Assembly (NCBI GenBank): GCA_964016885.1
Contig: OZ024747.1
Location: 80,848,001-80,912,000, forward strand
Reading direction: 5' to 3'
Length of the DNA: 64,000 nt
From: Eledone cirrhosa
Lineage: Eukaryota
The first letter of the stretch is position 1; every line of letters starts with the position of its first letter. This document shows positions 52,596-64,000 of this stretch, in pieces. Made by a program: the position numbers and the translations under genes. The notes beneath the pieces were generated by a model, which was given only the letters and a program-made list of their open reading frames with translations, did not search any database and was not told where the DNA came from.

Positions 52596-53506
52596 TATAA
52601 GATTGGACAGAAAATTCTCGTCGTTTTTCAAATTTTTCTTGACTTTGGCGTTTTTTAACATTAGGAAAATGTTACAAGTAATCATAATCACCATAATTTG
52701 CGATTATCGTCTGCCATCGTTTAGGAAGGTATATGATGTAAGCGGCCGAGCGTTATCGTGAAGGAATCGAACAGGGACATGGTGTGGGTTCACCTGTGCG
52801 ATTTTCGCAGCTAATCTGTCAAGTTGTTAGTAATTGACCTCAGGGGGTCATGCTGGTGTTCGGTGGGAGTAACTCGTACAGGATTGTTCCTATCCAGTCT
52901 CACCTAGCGTAACCCCAGTTGATTGTGTGATGATTCGAAAGCCGAAAAAGCGCAACTGCTCTCCCTCCCCCCTACATTAACGATTACAGTCAATCAGATT
53001 ATGGGGCAGCAATTTGTCTAGCTTAGACACCTTACATACAAGAATTGAAGATGGTTGTTTTCGATGCACTTCGGAGACTTGACGTGATGTCTGGCGTGGA
53101 ATGACTTCAACCAGCTCACTCAGTTGCTTGTCATTGAAGTTAAATGGGCGTCCTGCGCTAGGTCGATCTTCAAGTTTGTAATTACAAACATGGAAGCCTG
53201 TGAACCAGTCCTTGGCACCGCGTTCAGACGTGATGTGTTGACCCAAATGCATTGTTAATGCGATGACTCGATGCTGCTACGCTTAGACCAGATTTGAAGT
53301 CATAAAGTAAACAGCCATGAATATACGATTTGGATAGATCCATGTTGCTTCCACTTTGACTGCACAGCAGAAAATGAGAAATGTACATAGTGCATACCAA
53401 CGTCTCTTCTTGTATATGTGCGCATGTGCAACCTTTAACATTTCCATAAAAATTGACCAGAGTACCTCCTTTTGAAAAACGTTGGAACTTTCTGTCCAAC
53501 CCAATA
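52596..53506 (-). mobile_element. Internally deleted mariner (Tc1/mariner) transposon
   Basis: TIRs attggacagaaaattc / gaactttctgtccaacccaata; transposase pieces LLYDFKSG..INNAFG, WF..LEDRPSAGRP, LHDNARP (~52745-52765). Confidence 0.88.
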
Positions 53507-53704
53507 GTTCTTACTGCTTGTGTATCTGTGGCGTATGCATGCTCGCGTGTGTGTTATGTAGTTTATCTTAATCTATTGGCATGTGGAAAATATATAAATA
53601 TATTTGTACTTGCGCCGATATGTATATGATGTAATTTTCTAACGTCAGTTCATAACAGCGGTCATGCCATTAACATTCTATTATCATTCTAATATTTTTA
53701 TCAG

Positions 53705-53876
53705 GGTGGTTGATTGGCAGTTTCGGTAGAGAGTCGGACACCATGCTTAGCAGCAAAGAGTTACGGTCCTTTATGATCTGAGTTCAAATCCCGCCTAGGG
53801 TAACTTTGCCTTTCATCCTTACGGGGTCGATAAAATAAAGTACCAGTAATGTACTGGGATAAAGTAGAAACAATTA
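53705..53876 (+). mobile_element. SINE family A
   Basis: Consensus head and central domain, short tail deletion. Confidence 0.88.
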
Positions 53877-54135
53877 TTTTTATAATGATCGTATGCAATA
53901 TGAAGGATATTTAGCTACTATTTCTCACAAGAGGTTCCCTAGTTGTATACATCCACGTGTATGTATATTGTATGTATGTATGTTCGGGTAGGGCCCCTCA
54001 GAGTATTGTGAGGCGGCCCTCTTATGCAAGGAAGTTATTTCAAGACATGTTTTTATAAACTCTGTTTTCTAAATCCAAGGGTGCCCCATTGAAACGTAGA
54101 GGAGCAGTGCTCAACATTTGCTTCAGGCACAGTCT

Positions 54136-54168
<33 letters not shown>

Positions 54169-54191
54169 AGAGTTAGTTGGCCATAACATTA

Positions 54192-54372
54192 TAATTGTTT
54201 TTACTGTTGGCACAAGGCCAGCAATTACTCCAGTGTATTACTGGTACTTTATTTTATCGTCCCCGTAAGGATGAAAGGCAGAGTTAACCTCAGCGGGATT
54301 TGAACTCAGACCATAAAGTGCCGTAACTCTTTGTTGCAAAGCATGGCGTCAGACCCTCTACCGATACTGCCA
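54192..54372 (-). mobile_element. SINE family A
   Basis: Full-length reverse copy. Confidence 0.9.
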
Positions 54373-55391
54373 TATAATGCTGGTGGTTGCAATATATCTT
54401 AAGCGATTGACGTATTTGAGAAGAGAGAGGAAGAAAACGAAAATAATTTTCTGAAAGTCGCATAATTCACTCGGCTATCTTCACACATTACTAAATATAT
54501 TCCCAGCATTAGAATTACTGTGAAAGAAACATAATGATGATTCTCATTTGTATTTAAATGTTATCTAATCCCCGTGAAAACGGCGTAAGAATAAGTGGCA
54601 ATGATTTCATTAATTGAGACTAACCTAATTATTATTGCAATTAATTACCGCTCTTCAAAAAGAATCATCGGTAATTTATATATTTTCTGTTTACTTATTT
54701 GCTTAAGAAACACGTGTTTCGATGAGTCATGTTGAAATGAAAGGTTATTCATCATGTTTTGTGCGCAAAATTAAAACACACATACACGCACACATACATA
54801 CATATGTATATATATATATATAATGTAATAAAAGAAACATCAAACTGATAAGTTATTTACTTTCCATTATATCATGTAAAGCACAATTGTCTATATTTTC
54901 TACTTTAATGTTTGTAATCAGTGGTAATTTCCAATAGATGATTAGGTCAATTGACGTATTTAGAGGGGCGAAATTGGAACATTTATTCCATTCTAGTTAG
55001 TGGTTAATGTGTTGACTACACAAGATCTTAAGGTCGTAAGTTTGATTCCTGGACAGGGCGGCACGTTATACTCTTGAACAAAATACTTTATTCCATATTG
55101 CTCCTTCTTCCAGGAATTGCGACTGACAGATAATATCAGCAATGGTGCGATTAAAAGGTCTGCCCCGAAGTTGACTACGGCAGGATTAGTACTCAATGCA
55201 ATATAAAATTTGATCGAATATGAAATATAATTTGAGCGGTGCTCTAACGACGATTTTATCAACCCACAATCCCAAAGAAAATTGTAATAATAATCATTTG
55301 TTTAATACGGATGATATTGATTTAACTTGCCAAACTAGAAGTAAGAGAAAGTTTTAGATTTTATTCATCGTATCACCCTATTCCCTTCTCT

Positions 55392-55488
<97 letters not shown>

Positions 55489-57184
55489 AATTTACTAACC
55501 TCCAAGAAATAGTAGCGAAATCTCACTCAGTTCACTCCGTGTCAAGCCACGTATTCAGTAGAGGTCGCAAAACAGGCATTTTTATCCACGATACTCTGGA
55601 AGAGGGGAAAAGCGGAATGGTCATGGCTAAAATGCTTTTGATGATCGGTTTGTTCCAAAAGGATTCACCTGGGGTTTCAAATCAACACTAATTATCCACT
55701 TTTCTAACTCACACGTGAGAAGAGATGCTGAATAATCATGAAAATATATGTTATAACAACTCTGGTAAGGTAGTTGCTTATTTTATTATCCGTCCACTAT
55801 AATATATGTGAAAGCTAATAGATCTGTAAAGCAATTTCTTTCTACATATCTCAAAGACATTTTTGAAAAGCAGCTGATATAGTTAATTGGATCATTCTGA
55901 GTCTCTTATTTCATGTGATCGACTTAAAGAGATAAGAAGAGCAGTTGGCTCCAGTTGCATTATAAAATAGTAGACATCTTGTTTGATTCGACGCCATACT
56001 CTACGGGATTATATAGAGACAATGGAAACATCTCTGTTTGAAGGCGATTGGTCTTGTGGTTATTGCAGGACTCATTCACAATATTAAGATTGTGGGTTCG
56101 AGCAGCGAGTTGTATCCTTCAGCAAGATGATGACTGATTGACTAAAATTAATTTTTAAGTTCAATCTTTAAAGGGTTGTACATCTTTATTATAGGCGGCG
56201 AATTGGCAGAGTCGTTAGAACGTCGGATAGAATGCGTTATGGTATTCGTTTCGTCTTTCTGCTCTTTCATCCGTTCGAGGTTGATAAACAAAGTACCAGT
56301 CAAGTACTGAGGTGGATTCTTCCTCTATATCTCTTTCTCATTTCCCCTCTCTCACTTTCTATCTTTTTTCTAGACGAAATATGATGTACTCAGGCCTGGA
56401 GATGGATGGGCTCCGACAGGCATATAATGCTCAAGAAATGCCGTATTTCAATATGGCGCCCCTACGACTCTATCTGGTTTTACGAGACCATACACACATA
56501 CATACATACATCCAATTTTTTATTATGATTTTCGCCCAAAACGGTTGAGATATTCGTAATCAACATGCAAAATTACATATGTGGAACATTTACAATATAA
56601 TCAGAGCATGTTCGTCAAACGAAAAAAATCTCGAATTTTTACAGTACATATCTGCGCTATTACACACGTAAGAATAATTTACCAATCGTGGAATTTCACT
56701 TAAGTGAAATTGTTTTTATGCTTCGTAGACTTGTTCGTATTATTATTATTATTGACATTTGTTATGGTTGTTATAACCCTTGATTGATTCTGCGGAGAAT
56801 ACAGCTGGTGATATTGCTACGGACAGTTAATGGCTTGCAATTTTCCTGTTCCTAGCAGCGAGGATGTCTGTGATCATTGGAAAAATGGAAGCATTTCTAC
56901 TCTAATATTAGTGATGGTTGTTATTATTGTTGTTGTTTAGCTCTGTGTCAGCCCTCACCGAACAGACCTCTCATAAAATGTGTATTGACAGTCACGTTTG
57001 TTTTTATTGTTGTTGTTGTTGTTGCTGTTTTCAAGAAATAGCACACTTAAGACTACATTATACAATGAAACGTCATTTTTTAGACTGCAAGCTGTGGTGT
57101 AAGGCAGATTCAGTTACTAATTTTAACAGGTAAAAATACTACGTAGAAGGTTACTCGTTAGCACGTGTCATAGTTGTAGGTAGT

Positions 57185-57375
57185 AATGGTTTCTACTTTT
57201 AGCACAAGGCCAGCAATTATCCCAGTGTATTACTAGTACTTTATTTTATCGACCCCGTAAGGATGAAAGGCAAAGTTAACATCGGCGGGATTTGAACTCA
57301 GACCATAAAGGGACGTAACTCTATGCGTCAAAGCATGGTGTCTGACCCTCTACCGATTCTGCCAATCGACCGCCT
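57185..57375 (-). mobile_element. SINE family A
   Basis: Full-length reverse copy. Confidence 0.9.
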
Positions 57376-57656
57376 TTGACGAATTGTAGGTAATAATGAG
57401 GAATCTAGATGCAACAAAAGTCAATGAGTCTATAGAGTAGTAATGGTGGTAATGACGGTGATGTGCGCGGCAGTGGTAATGATTATGGTAATGGTACAGG
57501 TAGTAGTTGTAGTGGTGTTGCTGGTTGCAGGTATATGTTGTAGTCGTAGAGATGTCACCACTGGTGGTGGTGGTGGTGATGAGGGTTTTGCTGGGAATGT
57601 CATTAAAAGGAATAGTGACGATGATGATACTGTGATATGAATAGGTGGTATTAATA

Positions 57657-57835
57657 TTGGATTGGCAGTATCGGTAGAGCATCGGACACCATGCTTTTCA
57701 GCATAGAGTTGCGCCCCTTAACGTTCTGAGTTCAAATCCCGCCAATGTTAACTTTGCCTTTCGTCCACGATAAAATAAAGTACCAGTAATACAATGAGAT
57801 AATTGCTGGCCTTGTGCCAAAAGTAGAAACAATTA
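57657..57835 (+). mobile_element. SINE family A
   Basis: Forward copy with a small central deletion. Confidence 0.85.
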
Positions 57836-58149
57836 ATATTATATACTTTTACGTTCTGAGTTCAAATCTCTTCAAGGTCAACTTTGCCTTTCATCCTTCT
57901 GGGCTCGATTATATGAAGTTACAGTAGAGTTTTAGGTTGGTATGATCGACTTTCTCCTCCCAGAATTTGCGGGCCCTCTACCTAAATTAGAAATAATTAA
58001 TATCTCTTTTGGTGGCGATAAAGTTGTTAATACGTCCAGTGTTGGTGGTTATAATAATAATATGAATCGTAGTAGTAGTGTTGGTGATGTTGGTATGTCA
58101 CCACCCAACGATGTGCTGAACTCACACGCAATGTTAATGTTGCTAACAC

Positions 58150-59000
58150 TGGCTGGCAATAGGCGAAACTCCCCATGAAATTCGGTGGCCTCAGACTCCG
58201 ATAAACTCTGATCTGGCACTGACGACCTATCTCTCCTCAATTTCCTCCAGCATCACCCTAATCAGCGAGGCCCTCCACAAGATATGGCTCAGAAACTGGA
58301 TACAGATGTCCAATGTAACAGGGACCATATGAAGTGCAGGTCTACTTTCAGGTGGATTGTGTTTTCCTTTCTTCAATACCGTGTTGCCATCCTCTATTCT
58401 ACCTCGCAGCCAAACAGCAGTGCATGGTTTAATTTGGTGCCCTCCTTATTTTCCTGCACTGCTATCATTCCGTCTTAGCTCAGGTAGGTTCCACTGACAT
58501 GCCGTTCTGAACAACATCATCAGATGGATTCTCTACTCAAATGGGTTCGCGATACAACTGGAGCCAGCTGGCTTTGACCGTGGTGATTGTAAGTGCCACG
58601 AAGGAATAACTGTCTTCCGATTTGAGGGAGGTATATCTCTAATCTGGGATGGGACTTGTTACGGCTCGTTCTTTGCCCCCCCCCCCCCCTCACCTTGTTA
58701 CTTCGGCCGTAAATCCGGGCACCATCTCCCGCAATGTAGAGAAGATGAAGATAACTAAATACCAGGGTTTGACCAGCCACTCCATTTTCGCACCGGCTGC
58801 GGCTAAGATCTCAGATATCCTTGATCTCCGCACTGCTGATTTCCTCCTCAAAATCGGAAAGACAGCATCGCACCTAAGGAAGAAGCCCCGTGAGGTATGG
58901 CTTGGTCAGTGGGTGTCACTGGCTTTTCTCTGCGACAATGCCTTTGCCATTTTGTTGCAGGTTGCAGCAGAAACACCGCTCAGACTAAGAAGTAGAGTCT
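58150..59000 (+). mobile_element. Decayed CRE-like retrotransposon 3' region
   Basis: K..KYQGL..FAP.A..WLGQWVSLAFLCDNAFAIL aligns with ORFs 7641/7877; 5' boundary approximate. Confidence 0.6.
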
Positions 59001-59844
59001 GTTACTCCTTTCTCCTCTCCCTTCCATTCATTGCTTGATTCTTTTTCTTTCTTTTCTTTTTCTTTCTCTTTTTCTTTCTCTTTTTCTTTCTCTTTTTCTT
59101 TCTCTTTTTCTTTCTCTTTTCCTTTCTCTTCTTTTCTTTTTTTTATTACAATATATATCGTACAGTTTTCACCACATTTTACATTTAGTAAAATAATCAG
59201 GAGTAAAGGTTTTATAGAAGTGATGTTAGTGGTAATCTAAACTATAATAAAGTAAGAAGCGCGGAACTGCGTACGGTTTATAATTTTTTTATCCCATTAA
59301 TAAAATAAGTTGGATTACTTTGAATAAATAATCAATGAATATTACATAATTTATCTACTAAATTCCGTGGCTGTTCATTAAATAAATTTTATTTATTTAA
59401 AGATTCACTTCTTTAAAATTTTCAAATGTCAATACTTCCGGTGGCGATCGCTTAAATAAACATATTAATTTTCTGTCACTAATTTTCTCCTAATGCAGTT
59501 TATATATAATATCGTCTTTTTTTAATGTGTCATGGATTAGGTTACTGATTACATAAGACAGTGTAACAGTCTTCGTTCAATTTCTGTCAATTACGATTTT
59601 ATTTGACGTATCATATCTACATGTATATATACTTGCGTATAATATCAATATACACACTACACATGCTAGCAGAAAACCACCCGAAGGGTAGTTTTTCTGC
59701 TAGTGATCGTAATAATAGGAATAGCTGTTTAAGAGAGACCCGAAAGAGGCGATAATTGTTCTATTTGTGTTGCTGCAGGGAAAGTTGTCTTCGCTTTAGG
59801 TCGGGTGAATGGCTTGATATTTACTTTTGTACTGTTGGTCGTAG

Positions 59845-60420
59845 TTGATCATACTTCCAAATTTGGTACTAGTAATATCAACCTCATCATCAGTAGTAGT
59901 AGTAGTACTATTAGCAGCAGCAGTATTAGTAATAACAGCAGCAGCAGTGGCAGTAGTAGTAGTAGTAGTAGTAGTTGATGTTGTTGTTGTTGTAGCGTTA
60001 GCGATAGTGGTGGTGGTGGTAATATTGGTCGTAATAGCAATACTAATAGTAGTAGTAGTAGTAGTAGTAATTGTTGTTGTTGTACCGTTAGTGATAGTAG
60101 TGGTGGAGGTAATGTTGGTAGTAATAGTAGGAGTAATAGTAACAACGGCAGCGGTAGTGGGGGCAGTAGTAGTGATAAAAGTAAACGTTCTGTTGATGAA
60201 GGTGGGGGTGGGGGGTTTGGTTGACTTTGGTTTAGTGAGTATACTGATGGCAGTGGTGGGGGAAGGGGGTAATATAATACCAAAGACGTCGGAAATGGCG
60301 AAGTGGTAAGATATAGTGGTTTTGGTGAAGATATATCGACTTTACTATACAGTAATAGTGGTTACAGTTGTGGCAGGATTGGGGATTCAGCTAGTGGTTT
60401 GTGTCAGGGTTGTATTAGTT
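59845..60420. repeat. Degenerate (GTA/GTG/GTT)n trinucleotide tract
   Basis: Direct reading; poly-Val/Leu ORFs are artefacts. Confidence 0.9.
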
Positions 60421-61844
60421 TCCTCTCGTAGCCGTGCTGGAAGCATTGGTGTAGTAGTGATGCTTCGTCTGAGTGTATATTTGTGTATTTGTGCGTGTGT
60501 GTGCGTGATTGTGTATTTGTGTGTGTGTGTATGTATATAGTGTATGGCTATCTACTTCGGTTAATGAAGTATTTGACAACTGTCTAATGCCATGAGACGG
60601 ATTTTAATGACTGCAACAACGACACTGATGATTTTAGATTTGTTGTTGTTGTTGTTGTTGTTGTTGTTACTGAATTCTGGTTTAACAGACCAATGATCAA
60701 AGGATCAAAGGTGTCTTAACAATGATCATCCCATTTTCCCCAAACAGTGTAGCTAGGGCCATATTGTTTAATGACGGGGCTTTTTGAATTAAATAAATTT
60801 TAACTGTTATTTCTAGCAGGCTAAGAACCCATGGCATTTCGTTTCCACAGATGTCTGTTAACTATAGATCGGCTATACACCCGACACGCATGTATATATA
60901 TGTGTGTGAACAACCACATCTTTAACTAATAGTTTCATGAAAGTGTTAAAAGCTCAATCAATCATCGGACGATATAAGAATGATGACCTTCTCTGAAAGC
61001 ACACCAACCCATGAAACTTATTAATAACTATGTATTAGTTAATATGTAGGCTATAACAACATATGTGTGTGTGAATATGTATGTAATTTTGTTTATGAGT
61101 GTAAGGAAATATATTGTATATTTCACCTGAAGGTTAACTATAAACCATATATTATCTGATATGTGACAGCTATGTATATATTATCCTTCAATGATACGGT
61201 TTATATCTCCTCTGCTTCTTTGATATAAATATGCCGTGCTCCTGTGCCTACTAAACAGAGCTTTGTACACTCCTGTTCAAATGTTGTTTACATACTTGGA
61301 CTACATGTTCATTTAAAATGGTTTGTACATGTATGAGATGTGAAGTGATATTGCTTTAGATGGAAAGCTGAATGGAATGTCAATTTAACTCTAGATAGAA
61401 TAATTATGATTCTTATATTGGTTATTCGAATATTATATCATGCCGATATCTAATCAAGCATTTATAATTAGATGTCACAGTATATCACATTTCATATAAT
61501 GATATGAAAGTTAGAAGAGCTAGGATTTATCAATATCATATCTTATAGAATATATTTCTAAAATTGAAGTCTACTAATGATATGGGTGAAAATGGTATAA
61601 TAGCAATGTCAAAAAAATAACAAACACTTTATTCTTCATCTATTTAATTATAATTACTAATGTTACAACATATCATAATACCGTCAATACATAAACAGAT
61701 AGAGAAATGTTGATACATTTGGTGCATTTCAAGCCTCAAAGAGAATATTTAAAACATTTTTACGGCTGTTTTTGAAATATAAAAATATAATATATAATAT
61801 GAGATATTTTCTTTCATTGAACTTGTATACAGTTTAATAAACCG

Positions 61845-62073
61845 TTAATCCTTCAGCATTTAAACCGGCCGTATCCGGCCAGAATTCTTTCACCTTTTTC
61901 TGTTTAAACCAGTCATAATCGGCTGCTCATACTTATGTTAAGGCATTGTTCTCAAAATAAATAATATCAAAATCTCATAGAGTCAATATTATGTGAGATA
62001 ATTATGTAAGATAAAGCCTTTACCACAAAAATTCAATAGTATATATAAAGTAATGTAAATACTAAAGGGTTAA
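61845..62073. mobile_element. piggyBac-type MITE, sister of 41487-41898 in opposite orientation
   Basis: TTAA|TCCTTCAGCATTTAAACCGGCC ... TAAATACTAAAGGG|TTAA. Confidence 0.75.
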
Positions 62074-62731
62074 ATCGGTACCTATTGTTCTGAATCCTAA
62101 TCAAAGCATATTGCTAATGGCAATAAGCATATTGCTAATGATACAAATAAAGACCCATTCATATTTCACTTGTCATCGCATTTACCTCATACATCTTATA
62201 TATAAAAAATAATGGATATCCCTCGGTGTCGACGATGAATATTCAGTTGTTGAATCACTTATTCATTAAAATATTGCTTAACGTAGCCCCGAGTCAGAAT
62301 CATTGTGATGTCTGTTCGACAGGCTCCCTTATAATTTCCGAGGCTATGGTAAATGAAACTTGTGCAACGTTCCACGCTGATGGTTTGATCTCGGAAACAC
62401 GAGGTTAATAATTACACCTCGAGTACCTTATGAATATACATTAGAGTTAACTTGTTTTTTTTAATTAATATAAAAATAATTATAGCAGATATTTTATATA
62501 ATTTAAATGAAAAAGATGTTTTTACGTAAAATAATAAAAAAAATAATACAGTTTTAATTACGACATAGCTAATTATATATTAACTGCAAATAACGCTTAA
62601 ATAATTTGTCTGCAATTCTTCAGACAATAATCCTCAAATGTTTTATAATAATTACGCATTCAAATATTAATTAGTACAACACACGATTTTTTCTCGTATC
62701 CAAACAGATAACAAGAACAAGGTATAAAGCA

Positions 62732-62792
<61 letters not shown>

Positions 62793-62818
62793 TGCTATAA
62801 TGTATATATATATATATA

Positions 62819-62950
62819 TAGTTATGTAATAAATAACATAAGACAGTTATTCCATTTACCAAAGGTTTCACGAAGACAGATGAGCTCGTCTGTCTTCGTG
62901 AAACCTTTGGTAAATGGAATAATTGTCTTATGTTGTTTATTACATAACTA
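62819..62950. repeat. 132-bp near-perfect palindrome with a hammerhead 3' half in each arm
   Basis: Centre GAGCTC 62882-62887; arm reads GAAA CC TTT GG TA AATGG AATAA. Confidence 0.9.
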
Positions 62951-63002
62951 AATAGCTCTGTAGCCTACATAGAGCACTCAGTCCATGGGACGAGTTTGAT
63001 AG

Positions 63003-63136
63003 AAGTAGTTCCACAACAGTTAGTTCATCATACCGAGAACAAATGTTTCACCTTATGTGGATCATCAGCTCGGTCTCAGACCGCATAAGGGTGAAATATT
63101 TTGTCTCGGTATGGTGAACTAACTGTTGTGGAACTA

Positions 63137-63139
<3 letters not shown>
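63003..63139. repeat. Imperfect palindrome of the H5 pLTR family
   Basis: aagtagttccacaacagttagttca / tgaactaactgttgtggaactactt; right arm matches 50435-50490. Confidence 0.9.
63032..63074 (-). ncRNA. Minimal hammerhead (family H5)
   Basis: ACCGAG CTGATGA TCCACATAAGGT GAAA CATTTG TT CTCGGT. Confidence 0.82.
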
Positions 63140-63187
<48 letters not shown>

Positions 63188-63190
<3 letters not shown>

Positions 63191-63490
63191 TCACTACCTC
63201 CTTACGGACAACTGACGCTGCACACCAGGTCCGAATACAGAAGAGCCGAACTCCTTCTGTCATCGCCTCCATCTCTCTCGCTCTCCCCACCTCTCTGTAT
63301 TACGAGCAAATGGGAACCCACGTGATGGCCACCCCACAGCCCCGGCCGACAGAATGGAGAAGGTGTTTCCCCGGAGGATGGCAAGGGAGATGCGCTGGAA
63401 GAGCCATTCAATCTCGCGAGGCTCACACCTGCGGCTAGCGAGCTTAGCTCAGCGCCTATGGTGGTAAGAAGGGAGGTAGCCCAAGAGTCA
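63188..63490 (-). mobile_element. CRE-like retrotransposon extreme 3' end plus probable 3' UTR
   Basis: 63325-63485 is a diverged reverse complement of 7920-8080. Confidence 0.85.
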
Positions 63491-64000
63491 AGGGAATTTT
63501 GATACCGGCTCTGATGAATTTGTTACATAATGTATCAGTGTTTTGTGTCTACTACTACAAAAACAAAACAGCAACGCACCATTATCACCACTTCAGACCT
63601 GTCAACGCTCCCTGTCCGACGGGTAGATCTCCCACCCACTTTGGGGTGGGTGAGAGATGTCTTCTCTTGTGAAAATGGGTATAGCTTTCATTATGTAAAA
63701 TCTCCCCATTTGGCCTCATTTCTTTCCGTTTTGGGGCACTCTTTTTCAAGGTACTCCCTGTTTAGGCTTTTGGAGGTTGACAGGTCTGCCACTTCATTCA
63801 GGATATAAGGCCGGGAAGTTACCTAAATAGTAACAAACTTAGGATAATTATAATTCCAAATTAAACAAGGATGACCAAGGCGATGTTAAAATTCAATACT
63901 GAATAACATCAATTCGAACTCAGTACACTGTTGTATCTTCTATAGAAAATATTTGAAAGCGAAACTGTTCCTTATACACTCACACGCATGTATACATATA

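Noticed and set aside
59845-60540. Poly-Val/Leu membrane-like ORFs
   Set aside because: Degenerate trinucleotide repeat.

Overview
AT-rich, intronic/intergenic animal DNA saturated with microsatellites and transposons. The SINE families, huge (TA)n arrays and Penelope load suggest a mollusc, probably an octopus (inference). There is no intact host gene, only a few phase-compatible minus-strand exon candidates of an unidentified, probably dead gene. The window holds a near full-length Tx1/L1 LINE plus a second 3' fragment in an (ATCT)n tract, an RLE-type LINE end inside (ACAT)n, CRE-like fragments, a decayed full-length Penelope-like element (PLE) with three pLTRs, several PLE 3' ends, about 20 copies of one tRNA-derived SINE, and hAT, mariner and piggyBac-type remnants. 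The main unexplained layer is non-coding: about 13 minimal type I hammerhead ribozyme (HHR) motifs from at least 5 families were read directly from the sequence. Several sit in short, ORF-less fold-back palindromes inside (TA)n. Two 386-bp palindromes (34.2 kb, 51.5 kb) share an identical fold-back centre and carry an HHR on each strand, suggesting an amplifying, ambisense, ribozyme-bearing non-autonomous hairpin element derived from the PLE end at 13.3-14.4 kb. A cluster of Pol III-like mini-genes that keep their upstream TATA lies inside a hAT element. All motifs were read by eye; coordinates of decayed repeats are approximate.
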